Assembly (NCBI GenBank): GCA_964057225.1
Contig: OZ059897.1
Location: forward strand, 14,818,001-14,882,000
Direction: 5' to 3'
Source of the DNA: Auanema rhodensis
Lineage: Eukaryota; Animalia; Nematoda
DNA length: 64,000 bases
Below, in pieces: positions 40,810-58,241 of the stretch; position 1 is the stretch's first letter, and every line of letters begins with the position of its first letter. Below the pieces are notes generated by a model. The model was not told where the DNA came from. It was given only the letters and a program-made list of their open reading frames with translations, and searched no databases. Made by a program: the position numbers and the translations under genes.

Positions 40810-42909
40810 ATGATAGCAGTCGTGCTTCTATTATTTCTACTATGTCCACATGCGTGGGCACAGGAAGCATGTAAGTTAACATATTTTTTCTTTCTCTTTA
40901 ACTTCATATAATTAGTGGAAGTTCCCGGTGAAGACTTGGAGCCATTTGATATTCCTTTAAAAGAATTGGAAAAAGATACCAAGGAAGTTACAACATTAGA
41001 TGAGCAGTGTAAACGATTCGTTAATCACTACAGGTATTTTGAATCAGTTATTTATATTATTCTATTATATCTATTATTTATAGATATTACTGCCGCACTT
41101 CTAATATAGCCACTTATAATGAAGAAGTTCGAATTATATGTGAAAGATATCGAACTTATTGTTCTGATAGAGTATATCCTTCTGTTAATCACGTAATGAA
41201 AAAAAATGTATACACATACTTCTATTTATTATTTCAAGATTCGAAGACAAACTGAATATTGGAAGCAATCTGGTCTTCCTGAATCAGCTATCCGAGCGGT
41301 CACAACGTGCTATTCGAGATGTAAAGAAACTGATCCAGTGTATTTCTTATTTTAATAGAAATAATTTCCATGTTTTTATTTTAGATGTGTAAATTCCTGT
41401 GAATGTATTCACTTACAATGGACTATGGATAACTTTTGTCAACCTGGTATGAATGCACCTGCTGGTCCAAATTGTCAAAGGTATTTGGCTTTTAAAAACC
41501 GTTATTTTAATATACATCCCTTTTCGTTATTTGTTTCTTAAAGTTGAAATGAGATGACTTCCCTAAAACTCATTGAGGGTAGCATATGTCCATATTTGGC
41601 CATCTAAACTGAGCCTGCCGCCTGGTTGAAGTCATATTGTCTCAATTACTCAACTTTTCATTCATCCCTATGGCCTTTTATGGTCATAGACACCTCGAGA
41701 AATGACTTCTCCCATCTGTTGCAACATCCCTGAAACATCATGTTCTTACAAGATGTTCTAGTGAGACATATTCAAAAAATATTTCTTGGCGCTATTGCTT
41801 TTGCAATTTTTTTCATTTTGTTTCACTGTTTGTCTCTTTTTATTAGATTTTTATCGGTTCAAATATAACTGTTGATTTACGGATGAATAAAATTCCAGAA
41901 TATTATAACCAGACGAGAGAATATTTCATCGTTACTCCACCCATCCCTATTTTCCGCATGCTCTCATACTCTAGTGAATGTGTCTCCTATCCATTTCTCA
42001 GACAAGCAAGCTAACTAATTAACACAAAGCGTACAATACATATTAGGCATTCGCGAACAAACAATCTAAAATGGCTTTACATGGGCTTCATCTTTACACG
42101 CCTTATAAGGTTTGGGTAATTGTTTGCAATTCATTCCTCTTTAACCTATTCTTCTCATGTAATCCTCGAAGGAGGCTTTACTATGCATTTTGAGGTTGTG
42201 CAGTTTACTGGTTGAAATAACACAAGAACAAATATGGTCATAATTTTTTATTAGATTAAATTTTCGTCTCCAAAATAAAACAAAAAGTCGTGGATGAGCT
42301 TTAATTAACTTATTTTCAAACAAACATTTGAAGGAAACATTGACGTTTCGAGTACTTTTTTCAGATGGGCTGCAAAATGTCGTGCTGTTTGGAAAGCACT
42401 ACCCGACTATACACCTTTGGATAGACAGTTGTATGGACCCTTCGCACCACCTCCAATTGTCAGAGGAATATTTTATGGATATGATGGCGCCGGTTCGAGA
42501 ATTTTTGGAGTTTTTGATTTTATTGCTAAATATAGGAAATCATCGTGTATTTGATCGTCCTCGTGATCATGGTGTCTCATTCTGGCGTGGAACCAATACT
42601 GTACTTGTCGACTGGCCAGAAGGTTCTTCATTAATCAAGCTGCTTATCTAACATTATTTCAAATGTATGTTGTACTCAATTCATCTTTTTTGTTTCCAGG
42701 AAAGGTCAGTACAGGCACAACATGGGACGTTCCATTCGCAGGTGTACATGGAATTTACAATGCTGTCGATGTTGGTTTTCCAAATCCTCGTCGAGGCTTA
42801 GCAGAACTGACAAAGTTTGAGTTCATCATCTCAACCGTCTGTAGCTTGTAGTTTCAGAGACAACCCAGATCCGCTCAATCCAGGCACTGGTCGGCGACGA
42901 TATTACTAA
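40810..42909 (+). CDS. Secreted cysteine-rich protein of unknown function
   Basis: Signal peptide MIAVVLLLFLLCPHAWAQ. Exons splice in frame through QCKRFVNHYRYYC..ICERYRTYC..CYSRCKETDPVCVNSCECIHLQW..RDHGVSFWRGT..PGTGRRRYY*. One ~880-nt intron (41481-42364). Confidence 0.8.
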
Positions 42910-45467
42910 ACTTTTCCCTCAAAATGTGTTACTGGCCGGAGTAGAAGGAACAGCCATTTGCTGTTTGTGCAATGTACATCATGCTATCTATGTTATTTTG
43001 CTAATAAAGTTCTTAATTAAGTTACAGTAGACATGAAGCTTCACTCTCGTCATCTTTTTCAAGCCTTCTGACTTTTCCGTTCAGGTTTTCAGAGTGACTT
43101 TTGCAAAACAATTGACTCATCTGGACTTCTTTTGTCTTACAAGGAGTATGAGAAAGGAAGGGTTGAAGAACTAAATGGAAAACAAGTATATTCTAGTCAT
43201 TCGACGGATTGCGTGAGGAGGTTTCCTCATTTCTTTTTCTTTTCTACTCAGAAGTATGATATGTATATGAACTACCGTAATACTAGGCGATCAACATGGG
43301 AAGAGAGTGAAGAAGAAGCCCAAATATTAGGTCAAGTGCGATAAACATGTTAGACAACTGAGCCATAAAAGATGGCTTGCTTCTATGTTGATTAGCAGGC
43401 ATGGAACAACAGCAGGATGAAGCTGAAATGTCAAATGGATGAGTGCATGAGCAGTAATTCAGCAAATTCTCTTAAGAATTACTATTTCCTCTACCCACTA
43501 TTTAATAATGATATGTAAGGGGATAAAGACAAAACGGGTATGAGTGCTTGATACAGATCCCAGAGAATACGAATATGATCTAACCAATTTAAAAAAAGTT
43601 GTATTCGTTCATCCGGAACGAACGAACTGTTCCGATGTTGTATGTTGCCGAAACAAGATGAGAAAAGGTAGACTGGCCTTCCGCTCCATTTGATTATGAA
43701 TGGCGTCGTCATGTCTCTTTCGAAGCCGACGTAGGAGTCGACGACGTTTGAAGGCGGCATTGACGATACGACGTTGACCATATAGACACGTAGTGAAACA
43801 GTTGTTGTTAAGTGTTGATGATCGTCACGAAGTGCTAATTGTTCGGCTGAAAAAGTGGCAGTGCGTGGTGTTGAAAGACACCGCCATGGATGCACAATAT
43901 GGTTTTACATAGTTTGCTTCATGATTATAATGACTACTATTTCCAACATTTTTCTCATAAATGATGTTTAACAGGACGGAATGGTTGAATGAAAACTGGG
44001 ATAAATCGGAACCCTGTATAATCCTGAAATAACAAAAAGTAATGGGGTAAATGATGACAAAGATGAATTGAGAATAACGTAAAAGCTTTAATTAGAATAA
44101 TAACCTTCACGTCGTTCTATCGCTTGGATATTTGTATTTTGAAAATTTTAAATATACGGAACGGTTGCACATCGTGGTTGTGCGAAAGAGCAAAAATAAA
44201 AAAACAGTGTATTTCAATTTTACGGGAGAATGAGAGAAAAGAAGAAGGAGAGAATATGCTTTGTTTTCTTAATTTCACATGTTTTAATTGCTTTTTTTTA
44301 AATGTATATACCTAAGTCTATTTTTTTGAAATTGTCTCACAAAAGAAACAGAATTATATCATGTAAATGTTAAATGAATTAGTTTTGATTCTGATTACGG
44401 TATTGTGTTGTACTCGTTTAAACTTAATCTTTACTTAATTTTAAGACCAGTATGCTGTGCTGAGTCTGCGTCGGTTATATGCAAGTGACAAAACAATCAA
44501 AATTACTGTATCGTCTGAAGATTTTCAAAAGATGTTTAATCAGTTAAATTGATTATTTGATTAATTCAGAACTAACAATTATATAAATATTAATGATTCA
44601 TCATAAAGTACTACAAGTAATATGGCTTTACTTGAAAACAACTTCAAAATATTGTAAGTTATGATACTCACATAAATATAATTATGACTGAAATTATTAT
44701 GACTTTTTATTCGTCTAGTAAAACTTTACGAATATGCGGCAGTCAGTGGTTAAAGAAGTCTATAAGGCAAAGTAGATTTTTTGTCTTTAAGAATATTATC
44801 TTATAAACCGAATTTTATAGACTTATACACAAAAAAAAGATTTATTTATTTCAAAAAAATTTATTAAATCTTCTGAAAGAAAGTATATACTTTTGAAACC
44901 ATTGAATGAATAAAGATTGACTGTCAGTTTGAAGAACACTTTGAAATCAAGATCTCAACGGGGGGAAATAAGGTAAGCCTGTAAATTATATTCATTAAAC
45001 AAGTTTGAAGATACAAAAAAAATATTTATTTATCTAAAATTTAACATATAATTTTATTGTTTTTCAAACAATAAAATGTTAAAATAAAAATGAAGTGGTA
45101 CGGTAATTATACTAGAGACATCGGAAATAATTTCACTTTGTGAAGTAAAAGAAAGTATATAGATATTTATATATAAATATATGTTGATTAGGTAATCAAA
45201 ATTGGAAAATACATAATTTTTTTCGTTTATTTTCTGACTTTTGAGAAATTACATATAAAGTTGAAGGCGTGCCTTCTTAGGAGGCGGGGCAAAATGAAGA
45301 CTTTCAATTGGCTGGCCACGCCCTGTTTTCTTTTTACATCAGCCTGGAGGTGCTGCAAATTGCCGAAAAGCGACGAATTTGTCGATCTTCTCATATTGGA
45401 ATAGAACACTGTCAAATATAGTTGGTCTTCATAAATAGAATATTTCTATTTTTTTTCCAATCAACTA

Positions 45468-47249
<1,782 letters not shown>

Positions 47250-47666
47250 TAAGGACTTTATTGTTTTTTTTTTTATTTTAAGATCAGTAGAGCTTTATCG
47301 AAACATTTCTCGTTGACAAATATCTTAACCAGCAATTCTCAAACAGTTGTAGTCCTATTCTACCCTAGAGTGTTTTCTTGAAATTATTTTCAAAATTGTA
47401 AGTATTCTTTGTAATCTAATCGATATTTCTTGGCGGAGCCTATAAAAACAGACAGTGTACTATATTAATACTATTCATTCTGACTGTTTCCTGTTCATCT
47501 TATTTAGGTTTCTCATTAATATTTTTTTGCATTAATTTAATAATTTTCCTATTTAATAACTTTCAATAGCAACATATCATGTCAATATGTTTCTTGAATT
47601 TAACTATTTTTTTAGGATTACAATCCGTCTATTTTCATCTGAATTATTTCTATATGAATATATAAC

Positions 47667-47671
<5 letters not shown>

Positions 47672-47713
<42 letters not shown>

Positions 47714-47720
47714 ATATATT
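47672..47720. repeat. (TA)n / (TATG)n microsatellite
   Basis: Directly visible. Confidence 0.9.
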
Positions 47721-48413
47721 TTTTAATGTATATTTATACATATATTTCTGTGGCCAGTGATTTTTTTTCCACCGGTGTGATGACAATGTTTTTAATATAG
47801 ATGTAGCTGTTTTTGCTGATTGTGTAAATATTCTCACTGAATAATCATTTTAATTGTCAAGACAGTTAAATTTTAAACGTATAACAAACTATCCTTAATC
47901 GAGAGTTATAATATTTAAATTATCTACAACCAATTTTTCTTACAAAAACGATTGAGTGTGCTAGGGCATGTACTAATGTTTAATCGACAATCTCATTAGC
48001 ATAACCCTTGTACCATCGCAATTACAAATACTACAAATACATTTTATAATCTTATATATTCAGAGCGGTTGTATTCTACTGTTATATCATTAATTTAATA
48101 AAATTTATAATTTCATGTTGTTTCCAATACAATTCAAATATCATATCAGGTTATGGGTTACGGTAGTTTTTCTCAACAGTTCATTTCTATCTCATTTCAA
48201 CTTGAACTTACGATTTTCAACAAAACTTGTTCAATAAATAAACTGCTGACCTGATTCCTTATTGCACAACATTTTTTATGAATATGCTAAGGCAAAGGCT
48301 GACGTCTGTTTAAAAATGTGGCTGTACGTATTTTATTCCGAAAGCGTGTCAGTGAAGTAGAAGAAGCTATATTTATGAAAATATATCTGTTCTAACAAAT
48401 AAAAACCTTCTGT

Positions 48414-49761
48414 ATGGCTCGTGAAAATGTTTGGGACCGTTTATGGTTCAAAATATTTGCAGCTTCTATGCTTTTTTTTATGTGTCAAATGTTTTTAACG
48501 TTCGCTAAAGTGCAAACGTTTGAAGAGGATAAAATGTATTTGAAGGCCGAGGTATAAGGATTAATTTTGTGCTTTGTACTAGCATTATATTATGATTTAG
48601 GTTGAAAGTCTTGAAAGGAAGAAAGAGTCTCTTCGAATGGATATTATGACTAAGGAGCGTACATTAACTAGAATGACTAAAGAGGAAAGCAGATTAGAAA
48701 ATTTGTGAGTTTCTTATATGCTCTTATTACATTTATGTGAAAATTTTATTTAAGATTACGCGATCGTGTAAATCTTCTACCTCCTGGTAGAAAAACAGAT
48801 CCAGTTATATATTTCATAACACCGACAAATTTTCGTAGTGGCCAAAAAGCTGACTTAACAAGATTATCGTATACATTATCACATGTTCCGAATCTATTTT
48901 GGATTGTTGTTGAAGATGCTCCTTCAAAATCAGATGCAATTGCAGAAATTATCAAAAGGTGATTTTTTAAATTTTAATTGTTTTTGAAAGTTGAATTAAC
49001 GTACAGGAGCCATCTTCCGTATGCTCATTTGAATGCAGCTACGCCAACTGATAAAAAAATGAAATATTCTGATCCAAATTGGTATTTACCAAGAGGTGTA
49101 GACCAGAGAAATGCTGCATTAGGATGGTTAAGGTAAATATAATGTATTTTTGCTTATTTTAATTACTTTGTTTCAGAACTCAGATGAATTCAGTAAAAGC
49201 CGGAGTAGTATACTTCGGAGATGATGATAACACATATGATTTGAGATTATTTGATGAAATTCGCTCTATCAAGAAAGTAGGTGTTTGGCCCGTAGGGATT
49301 GTTGGTGGTTTAATAGCTGAGTCACCTGAATTAGCCTCAAATGGTATTTTAGCTTATGTTACCCTTGTTACTTTTAAATTTAAGGTACTGTAATAGGATT
49401 TAATGCTGTATGGAAGACTGAAAGACCGTTTCCTCTAGATATGGCTTCCTTTGCTGTTAATTTAACTTTAATTATTCAAAATCCCTCTGCGGGATTCAAA
49501 TATGATGTACCTCGTGGATATCAGGTTTTCATCTCAATATACCTTAGCTTTATGTACTTTTTTCAGGAATCTCAATTTTTAACGAGCTTAGGTGTACAAA
49601 GATGGCAATTGGAACCTAAAGCTAAAATGTGCACAAAAGTTTTTGTTTGGCATACTCGAACAGAAAAAGCTAAACTAAGTAAAGAAGATATAGAGAGAAT
49701 TTCCAATTATAACAAAGCTTCCTTCACTTCACTTGAATCTGAAGCATTAGGCATAGATTAA
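48414..49761 (+). CDS. sqv-8: Glucuronyltransferase I (GT43, B3GAT3)
   Basis: Type II TM anchor; IYFITPT, QKADLTRL, WIVVED, RGVDQRNAAL, GVVYFGDDDNTYD, RPFPLDMASFAVN, VWHTRTEK. Confidence 0.92.
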
Positions 49762-50011
49762 TCACTAACTAGGCTTAATTTATTACTTTGTATATTGTTT
49801 ATTTTTTTATAATGACTATGCATTTTTTCATCATTTTACGGGTTTTTTTATAGCTTTTGCCATAATATTTAAATCTTGCCGATATGTTTTACTAATATAA
49901 ACAATTTTTATTCATGTCGTTATCTTGCTTTATCTTTTAAAAGTTTAAATCTTTTAGATACTTAGAATTAATATGTGATTTTAATTAAACATTGCATTTT
50001 AAGCAGTCAAC

Positions 50012-51459
50012 ATGGGTGAGCGAAAAGGACAAAATTTCTATTATCCCCCGGATTTCAATTATAAGAAGCATGGATCCTTAAATAGATATCATGGTACTCA
50101 TTCTCTTAGAGAAAGAGCGAGCAGGTTAAGAACAGAGGGAGTTCTTATTATTAGGTATTAAAACCATCATTAATTATATAACATATGAGCTTTCAGATTT
50201 GAAATGCCTTTCAATATTTGGTGTCTTGGATGTCATAATCATGTTGGTATGGGGGTTCGTTATAACGCTGAAAAAAAAAAGGTTAGCAGTGCCTACGATT
50301 TCTTTTGTAAAATTATTATTTTTAGGTGGGCATGTATTATACTACTCCATTATATGAATTTCGAATGAAATGCCATCTTTGTGATAATTACTATGTGATT
50401 CGGACGGATCCAAAAGTATGTTTATGGGTGTTTCGTCTTTAATTATATAGTTTAAATTTAGAATTTTGATTATGAATTAGTAGAAGGATGTAGTAGGCAA
50501 GAAAAACGGTATGATCCTTCTACCATAGATCAATTGGGAGCTGTGGATCGAACGTTCAACCAAAAGTTAGCTGCAGACTCTATGTTCAAAGCAGAACATG
50601 AACATACCGTAAGGTTGATTAAGATTTACATATTCCAATTTATCTGTTTAGGATAAAACTACAGCAGATCTAGATGGAGAACGATTAGAGAAAATTGAAT
50701 GGGTTCAAGATCGACTACGGGATGATTTTGGAGCTAATCAAGTATTACGTAAAAGCTTTAGGGTATGTATTATCTAAAATATTTATGTTCTCGAATAACA
50801 AAAACTTCTAGAATGGTAAAAAGTTACTAACTGAGCAACGAGCAAAAGATGACGATTTGTTAACTAGGGCTTCTCTAAGTATACCGTTAGCTCCAGAAGA
50901 TCCTAATGATAAATCAGTGGCATCTATGATTACCAGATACAAAGATGTGAAAAGTAAAATTATTATATCGGCTACATTAAATTTAATTTTTTTATTTAGC
51001 TTTTGATGAGCGAACTAAGGAAGAACGAGATGAGATAAGTTCTCGCAGAATATTCTCTAACTCTACTCCTTCTACTAGTTCCTCTGAACCCACTGCTGAT
51101 AGGCTGAAACGATATTTGAAGCTCAGTAGAGATAAAAAAATATTAGAATCAGTACGTATATTGTATCACTTTTTTTTAAATAATTGAATTTTTTAAGTTT
51201 GAATCAGGACCTATTAAGAAGCCTTTGCTTAATTTGGGAATTGTTAAAATTAAGAAAGAAGTCAAAGTTTCTGATGATCGTAGGTGTTTATAGTATTAAT
51301 CGGAACAACGTTGTGATTTCAGAGTCTGCTACAACTTCAACACCAATAGTTAATATGACCAAAGTAAAAGTCGAAGAGGAAGAGGAAGAGGAAAAGCCTA
51401 ATTCAGCTTCCACCCTTACTGGATTAGTGGCTGACTATACATCATCTGATTCGGATTAA
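50012..51459 (+). CDS. YJU2B: Splicing factor CCDC130/YJU2B (CWC16 family)
   Basis: MGERKGQNFYYPPDF..HGSLNRYHGTH..IIRFEMPFNIWCLGC..GVRYNAEKKKVGMYYTTP..RMKCHLC..IRTDPKNFDY; ends LVADYTSSDSD*. Confidence 0.92.
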
Positions 51460-51612
51460 TGTATATTCGTATAATAAATAAAATATTATAATTTTGTATA
51501 AAAAATGTTATATAACTCATTTTGTATAAAACGTTTGTAATAGTTCTTTCTTTAATAGTAGCAATAACAATGAAAATATGAATAACAAAAAACAACAACA
51601 TCAACAAAACAA

Positions 51613-52929
<1,317 letters not shown>

Positions 52930-55058
52930 TATTAGTTGCTTATAAAAAAGACTATGTGAATTATATTATAATATGCAATATAAAACAAATTTATTCACAG
53001 TTTAAATGGGACGGGTTAAATGTGTTGCACCTGAAATGCGTCAAGCGTGACCATTGTTGCTTTGAAATTACATATTGGTACTTCTAATTATAGTATTTGA
53101 ATTGTAACTGAAAATATAAAGTGGTGTGTATTGATATGACAAATTATGAATCAACACGGAACTGTTTTGCAATAATGTTGTAAATTAAGATAATTACACA
53201 AGCTGCAGCTATTCAATTCGAGTTAACTATGGGGATAATAAGTGTAGAACATTTCTTTAAATATTTACTTATTTATATAACAATAAGTATACCTTGTACT
53301 ATAATATTTAAACGTTGCAAAATTCCCTTTTGAATTAAAAACATTTTTATTTTGGACATACTTTATTTCTCATCCCCAAGGAGACTGGATGAAAAAGTTA
53401 AGTTTTCAATGAATTTCAAAAGATTTTCATGTTTGGAAAATGACCAAGAAGTCCCCTTTCGCGCACTCAAATGCTTGTGACGTGAGTTCGTCATTTGAAG
53501 TGGAAGATGTTCATCTATTGTCTTTATTTACCTGGCGCATTGCCTCCGGCTATGCACCATCAGTAATTTCTCTCTTTACCCTTCTCTTCCCTTTCATAAA
53601 CACCCTATCCTTTTCTTTTTCTTTCGATTCTCTTTCCATCTATTCTTTCTTTACCTCCGTTTACTGCCGATATCTGTATTTGGGTTCTTTTCTGTCTTCA
53701 TGTTGTCTCTAAAGCAACCAAAAAAATATTCGTAAACACTTGCGCTTTTCAGTCAGTATTTTCCTTGTTATTCTCCATCGAACTCTCAAAAATTCTACTT
53801 GAAAAGTAGAAAAAAGTGCTGTTATCTTTGTCAGTTTTCAACATTTTTCATTTGTAGAATCTGGCAATGGATACTACAGCTAATTTTGTCCATTTAATCC
53901 ATAAGTTGTCTTTTTATCAAAATGTTTAATTTAATAAAAGTCTCACATTCACAACTATTCCAATATTATGAATCATGCCGTTAATTTTTTCAATTTTTTT
54001 TCTTGGAAAATTATTACTTTGATCTATAGGTAAGAAAACTAATATATTTTTTTGACTCACATTCCTATTATGACTACGCTAAAGCGTATTGTCCATGTCG
54101 TGCTTTCAAACATCAGTAAAATAGAAGAAAACGTAATAAGTTCAATATGTCAGTTCAAATGGTTTCATGGCGTCATTCAACGAATTCTAACTTATACACA
54201 TTCTGATGTTGATCTTTTACATCATCTGCTTAGCCGAAACACGTCTTTCTCTCCTTCATATCATTCTTCCTTTCGATGTTAGACTAACCTACTATAAGTT
54301 TGATTCAATATCTATTATAAAAGAAATCAAGTGATCGTTGCTTCTTTTATTTTAATCATTTTTATAAAATACATCTTTGGGACGTTGTTCAGCGATCATA
54401 TAATTTGCAAAAAACTTTTTTGATTTCCGAAAATATCGTAGAACATCAACTACGGATCAAAACGATCAACAACAGATGTATATATTCATCAGACGAATAG
54501 TCCTATCTGTTCATCTGTCTATGTATGAGAAAACTGCTTGTTTTCGCCAAATTCGCCTGTATACGCCAACTTCTGAATCACATTTGTCCTTTCCATACCA
54601 TACAAAAGGGGGTTTCCCCTTAATTATGAACATTGCTATATTATCATTTGATAATTCTACAACGTCTTCCCATTCTATCGTCAGAAAAACATTTTTCTGA
54701 TATTATGCTTCAAATGAAGCACCGTTTTTTGTCCGAGTACCTATTGATTTCAAAAATTAAGAACAATATAAGTTTTTGGTATCAGACATCTAAAATTTTA
54801 CAGTTTTTTATGTTTATCTATATATCTACTTATATATGTATATAGTTTTTATATTAATTATCTCAACTATTACCAAAAGCAAAAAATATGATGGATTATT
54901 GAAATAATCTCTTAACTGGACTTCGTTTCTCCTCTTATTTTTTCTTTCATTACATTGCAAAGCTATTGATTAGTTAATAAATATATACTTTTTTTATTAT
55001 TTAATTGTAATATATTTATATTTTTTATCTTAAAATTAATATTTTTATAGAGCTGTTC

Positions 55059-57279
55059 ATGCAGGGGTTAACCTCAATTTTTCTTTTATGCTTTATATCG
55101 ATAGGATCATGTGCTAATATTACTTATTTTCCGGAAGCCTTTAACAGTTTTCGAACAGATGAATCAAGGTATATTTTAATTTAAATGTTATTATGATAAA
55201 ATAATTTGAATTTAGTATATAAATAATTGTTTTATTTTCAGAATTCTTACGATAACAATCAAAGAAACAGAAGAAGGAGATCTCTACAACGGAGCTAGGA
55301 GCTTGAAAATTCGTTGTAAAGATGAAGTTATTTGTCAAGTATAACATATATAATTTTTATTTAGATTAAAAGAGTTTATTATAGGTAGAAGATTCACCAT
55401 CTGAAATAGCTTTAACCAAAGATAATCAGTATCAAACAAGTTTTAATATAACCATTAAGGGAACATTTCTCGGTGTAACCAATCTTGAAGTAAAAATGAA
55501 TGCTGAGTAAGAAAAACATGAAAAATATATTTAATATTAATATTAAATAAATTTAGATCGTTTGACACGTATAGTATAAGAGTTCTGAGATCAAATTCAG
55601 GTCATAAAGTGCAATTAGCGTTCACTGTTTTCATTTCGATATTTGTCGTTGTTATATCTTTTATGATGGGAACACAACTTGAGGTAATAATAGAATTGCA
55701 TTACATTTTTCTTTAAATTTTCAATTATATTTATTGAAAATTTAATTAAAATATTTTTAAGCTCGAAAGAATCACAAAGATAGTTAAATCTCCCGTTGGT
55801 CCAGCAATTGGCTTTATGTGTCAATTTGGTTTGATGCCTACGGTATGATTTATAGATAGTTTAAGTTAAAGAAAAAAAAACATTTAAACATGGAATATAT
55901 ACAACCGTTCGAACTAAAATAGAGATCAAAAAGCAAAATGTGCTACTTTGTTTAAAAAATGACATGTAATCATATCATCATTCAACATAGATTTAAACTT
56001 TTATCCAGCTTTTATAAGATAATCTGTATGAAGAATGAGGAATAGATCAAAAAGCAAGACTCTCTTTGCAGATTGGTTACTTGCTAGCCGAATATTGTCT
56101 TCCAAATGATAATATATCCATCAAACTGGCTTTATTTGCTGTCTCAACCTGCCCAGGTGGAGGAAAAAGTTCCTTCTGGACGATAATCTTCGGAGGAAAT
56201 TTGGATTTATCTATTTCAATGACATTTACACAAACAATTGCAGCATTAGGTAGAACCAAGATTATGTGAAGATTTATTTGAAAATTTGAAAATTTAAGTT
56301 ATGATGCCCATATGGATGTCAACGTTAGGTCATCATTTTACTGATAGTCATATTGCTATTCCTTTTGCTAAAATCATTCAGGTTTTCATTGAATATTTAA
56401 AGAATTTTTTTAAAAAATAAGTTTCTAGGGTTTAATTGGTATTATGATTCCAACGATGTGTGGAATAACATTTAGATATTTTCGACCAAATTTTACGGAG
56501 ATTATTCAAAAATGGATTAAAAGATGTTCATGGGCTGCTATGATTGTTATATCATGTTTTGCTATATATACTAATTGGTATATGATTTATTTAATTACAT
56601 GGCCTATTGCTTTATGTGGATGTGCTCTACCATGGCTTGGGTATATAATCTATATTTATTATTAAAAACTTAAACTTATCTACTTTAGATATATTGCGGC
56701 TTTCATTGTTGCTGGAATTTTGAGACAAACGTTCAAAGATTGTATAACAATTGCAATTGAAACTGGAATTCAAAATATAGGTAATAATTCATTTTTAATA
56801 AAAAACAATCTAATTATTTCGTTTGTTTCTTTTTTCTCATGTGCTGAATGATGAATTAAATTATCGTTCATGATTTTAAATGATTAAATCATTCAATTTA
56901 AATGATTTCAAGTTATAACTTAAACTTTTGACTATGTTTAATAGTTAAATATATGTAAGCAGCTTAAGCGATTTAATTTAGGTATTGCTATGCTTCTAAT
57001 GATGTGGTGTTTACCCGAGCCTGAGTCTGATATATCGGTAACAATTATTTTTGTAGTCGCTATTATGACGGATAAACCATTAATGCTTATATGGTTGATA
57101 AGTAGAATTGTCTCAAAAATAAGAAGAAAAGATAAAGTAGCTCAAGTAAGTTATATAATATAACAATTCAAAATATATTTGGTTTTTCACAGATTAATGT
57201 TGAATCTGGAATAAAAGCACTTTCTAGCGATAATGAGGAGAAAAAAGCTCCCGAAATTGTTGAATCTTCTAAAGAATAA
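55059..57279 (+). CDS. SLC10-family sodium/bile-acid symporter-like transporter
   Basis: Signal peptide plus luminal N-domain; PVGPAIGFMCQFGLMP, STCPGGGKSSFWT, GNLDLSISMT and TIAIETGIQNIGIA. Confidence 0.9.
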
Positions 57280-58241
57280 CATGTTTTAAAACAATTCCAT
57301 TGTTTTTTTTCTTTCATATTTTATAGTCATATTACAGGTTTTATTTGTTTTTCATTCAAAGATTAACAGATTTTTGTTAATTATTTTGTCATTTGTATTC
57401 AATTCAACGTTTAAACTGTGAAAAAAATGGAGAAAAGAACTTAGAACTTTTGTTGAACTTACTTTATCTCATTGTGTACATATCAGATTTTCATTAATAA
57501 ACCTTTTAATGTATTCAATGTTGGACTTAATCATTCATTATTACTATTTCTAGTCAGTAATATTAATTTTAAAACTTTGTTCATACTTTTTATTTTTAAA
57601 CTTCAAAGATAAGTTTATTTATATAAAAATACTTTTATCATTTATCTTCGTTCATCTTTAAGAAGTTAAGTTCAAGAATATTCTCAAACCCACGATCATA
57701 GAAAAATAAAAAAATTAGTTTGTGAAAATGAATAGATCAAAGAATATATTAATATAATATTATAAATGATACATAGAATTGAAAGGGCAAATGCTTTGTA
57801 GACAAATGAGATTTTTTGTAAATAGTAATATGATAATCTACAACCAAAGTAATATATAATCTGAAAATAATAATAAAATATATAATACAAGAATATATAA
57901 TAGTTTATTAAACATTTAATTTAATTGTAATCGAAATAAATGTGGCTTAAACGAAAAGTATTAGATGAAAGATCAAATCGAGATACTATGTCATCAACTA
58001 TAAATTAAGAATCAAAAACAAAAAAAGAAGAAGATAATATATATATATTTATTTAATAAAATAATAAAATAAATAAATAATGTCGCTTCACTCTAACAAG
58101 ATAATTGGCTTGCAAGCATTACAATAATTAAATTTAATTATATTATAACACTTAACTGTCAAAAAATGTGTCAAAATATTAATGTAAATGATTCACTACC
58201 AGGATATATCTTCTAACTATTCAAATATATATTATTTGTAT

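Noticed and set aside
41481-42364. Long intron as a possible transposon
   Set aside because: No TIRs, TSD or transposase remnants could be identified by eye.
43814-43835. Hammerhead-like TGATGA..CGAAG
   Set aside because: It lacks the CUGANGA/GAAA core.
43855-43880. TGGCAGTG miR-34-like seed
   Set aside because: The rest does not match miR-34 and it is not in a simple pre-miRNA hairpin arm.
55915-56060. Short direct repeat AGATCAAAAAGCAA in an SLC10 intron
   Set aside because: Only two 14-bp copies; this looks like a local duplication, not an array or an element.
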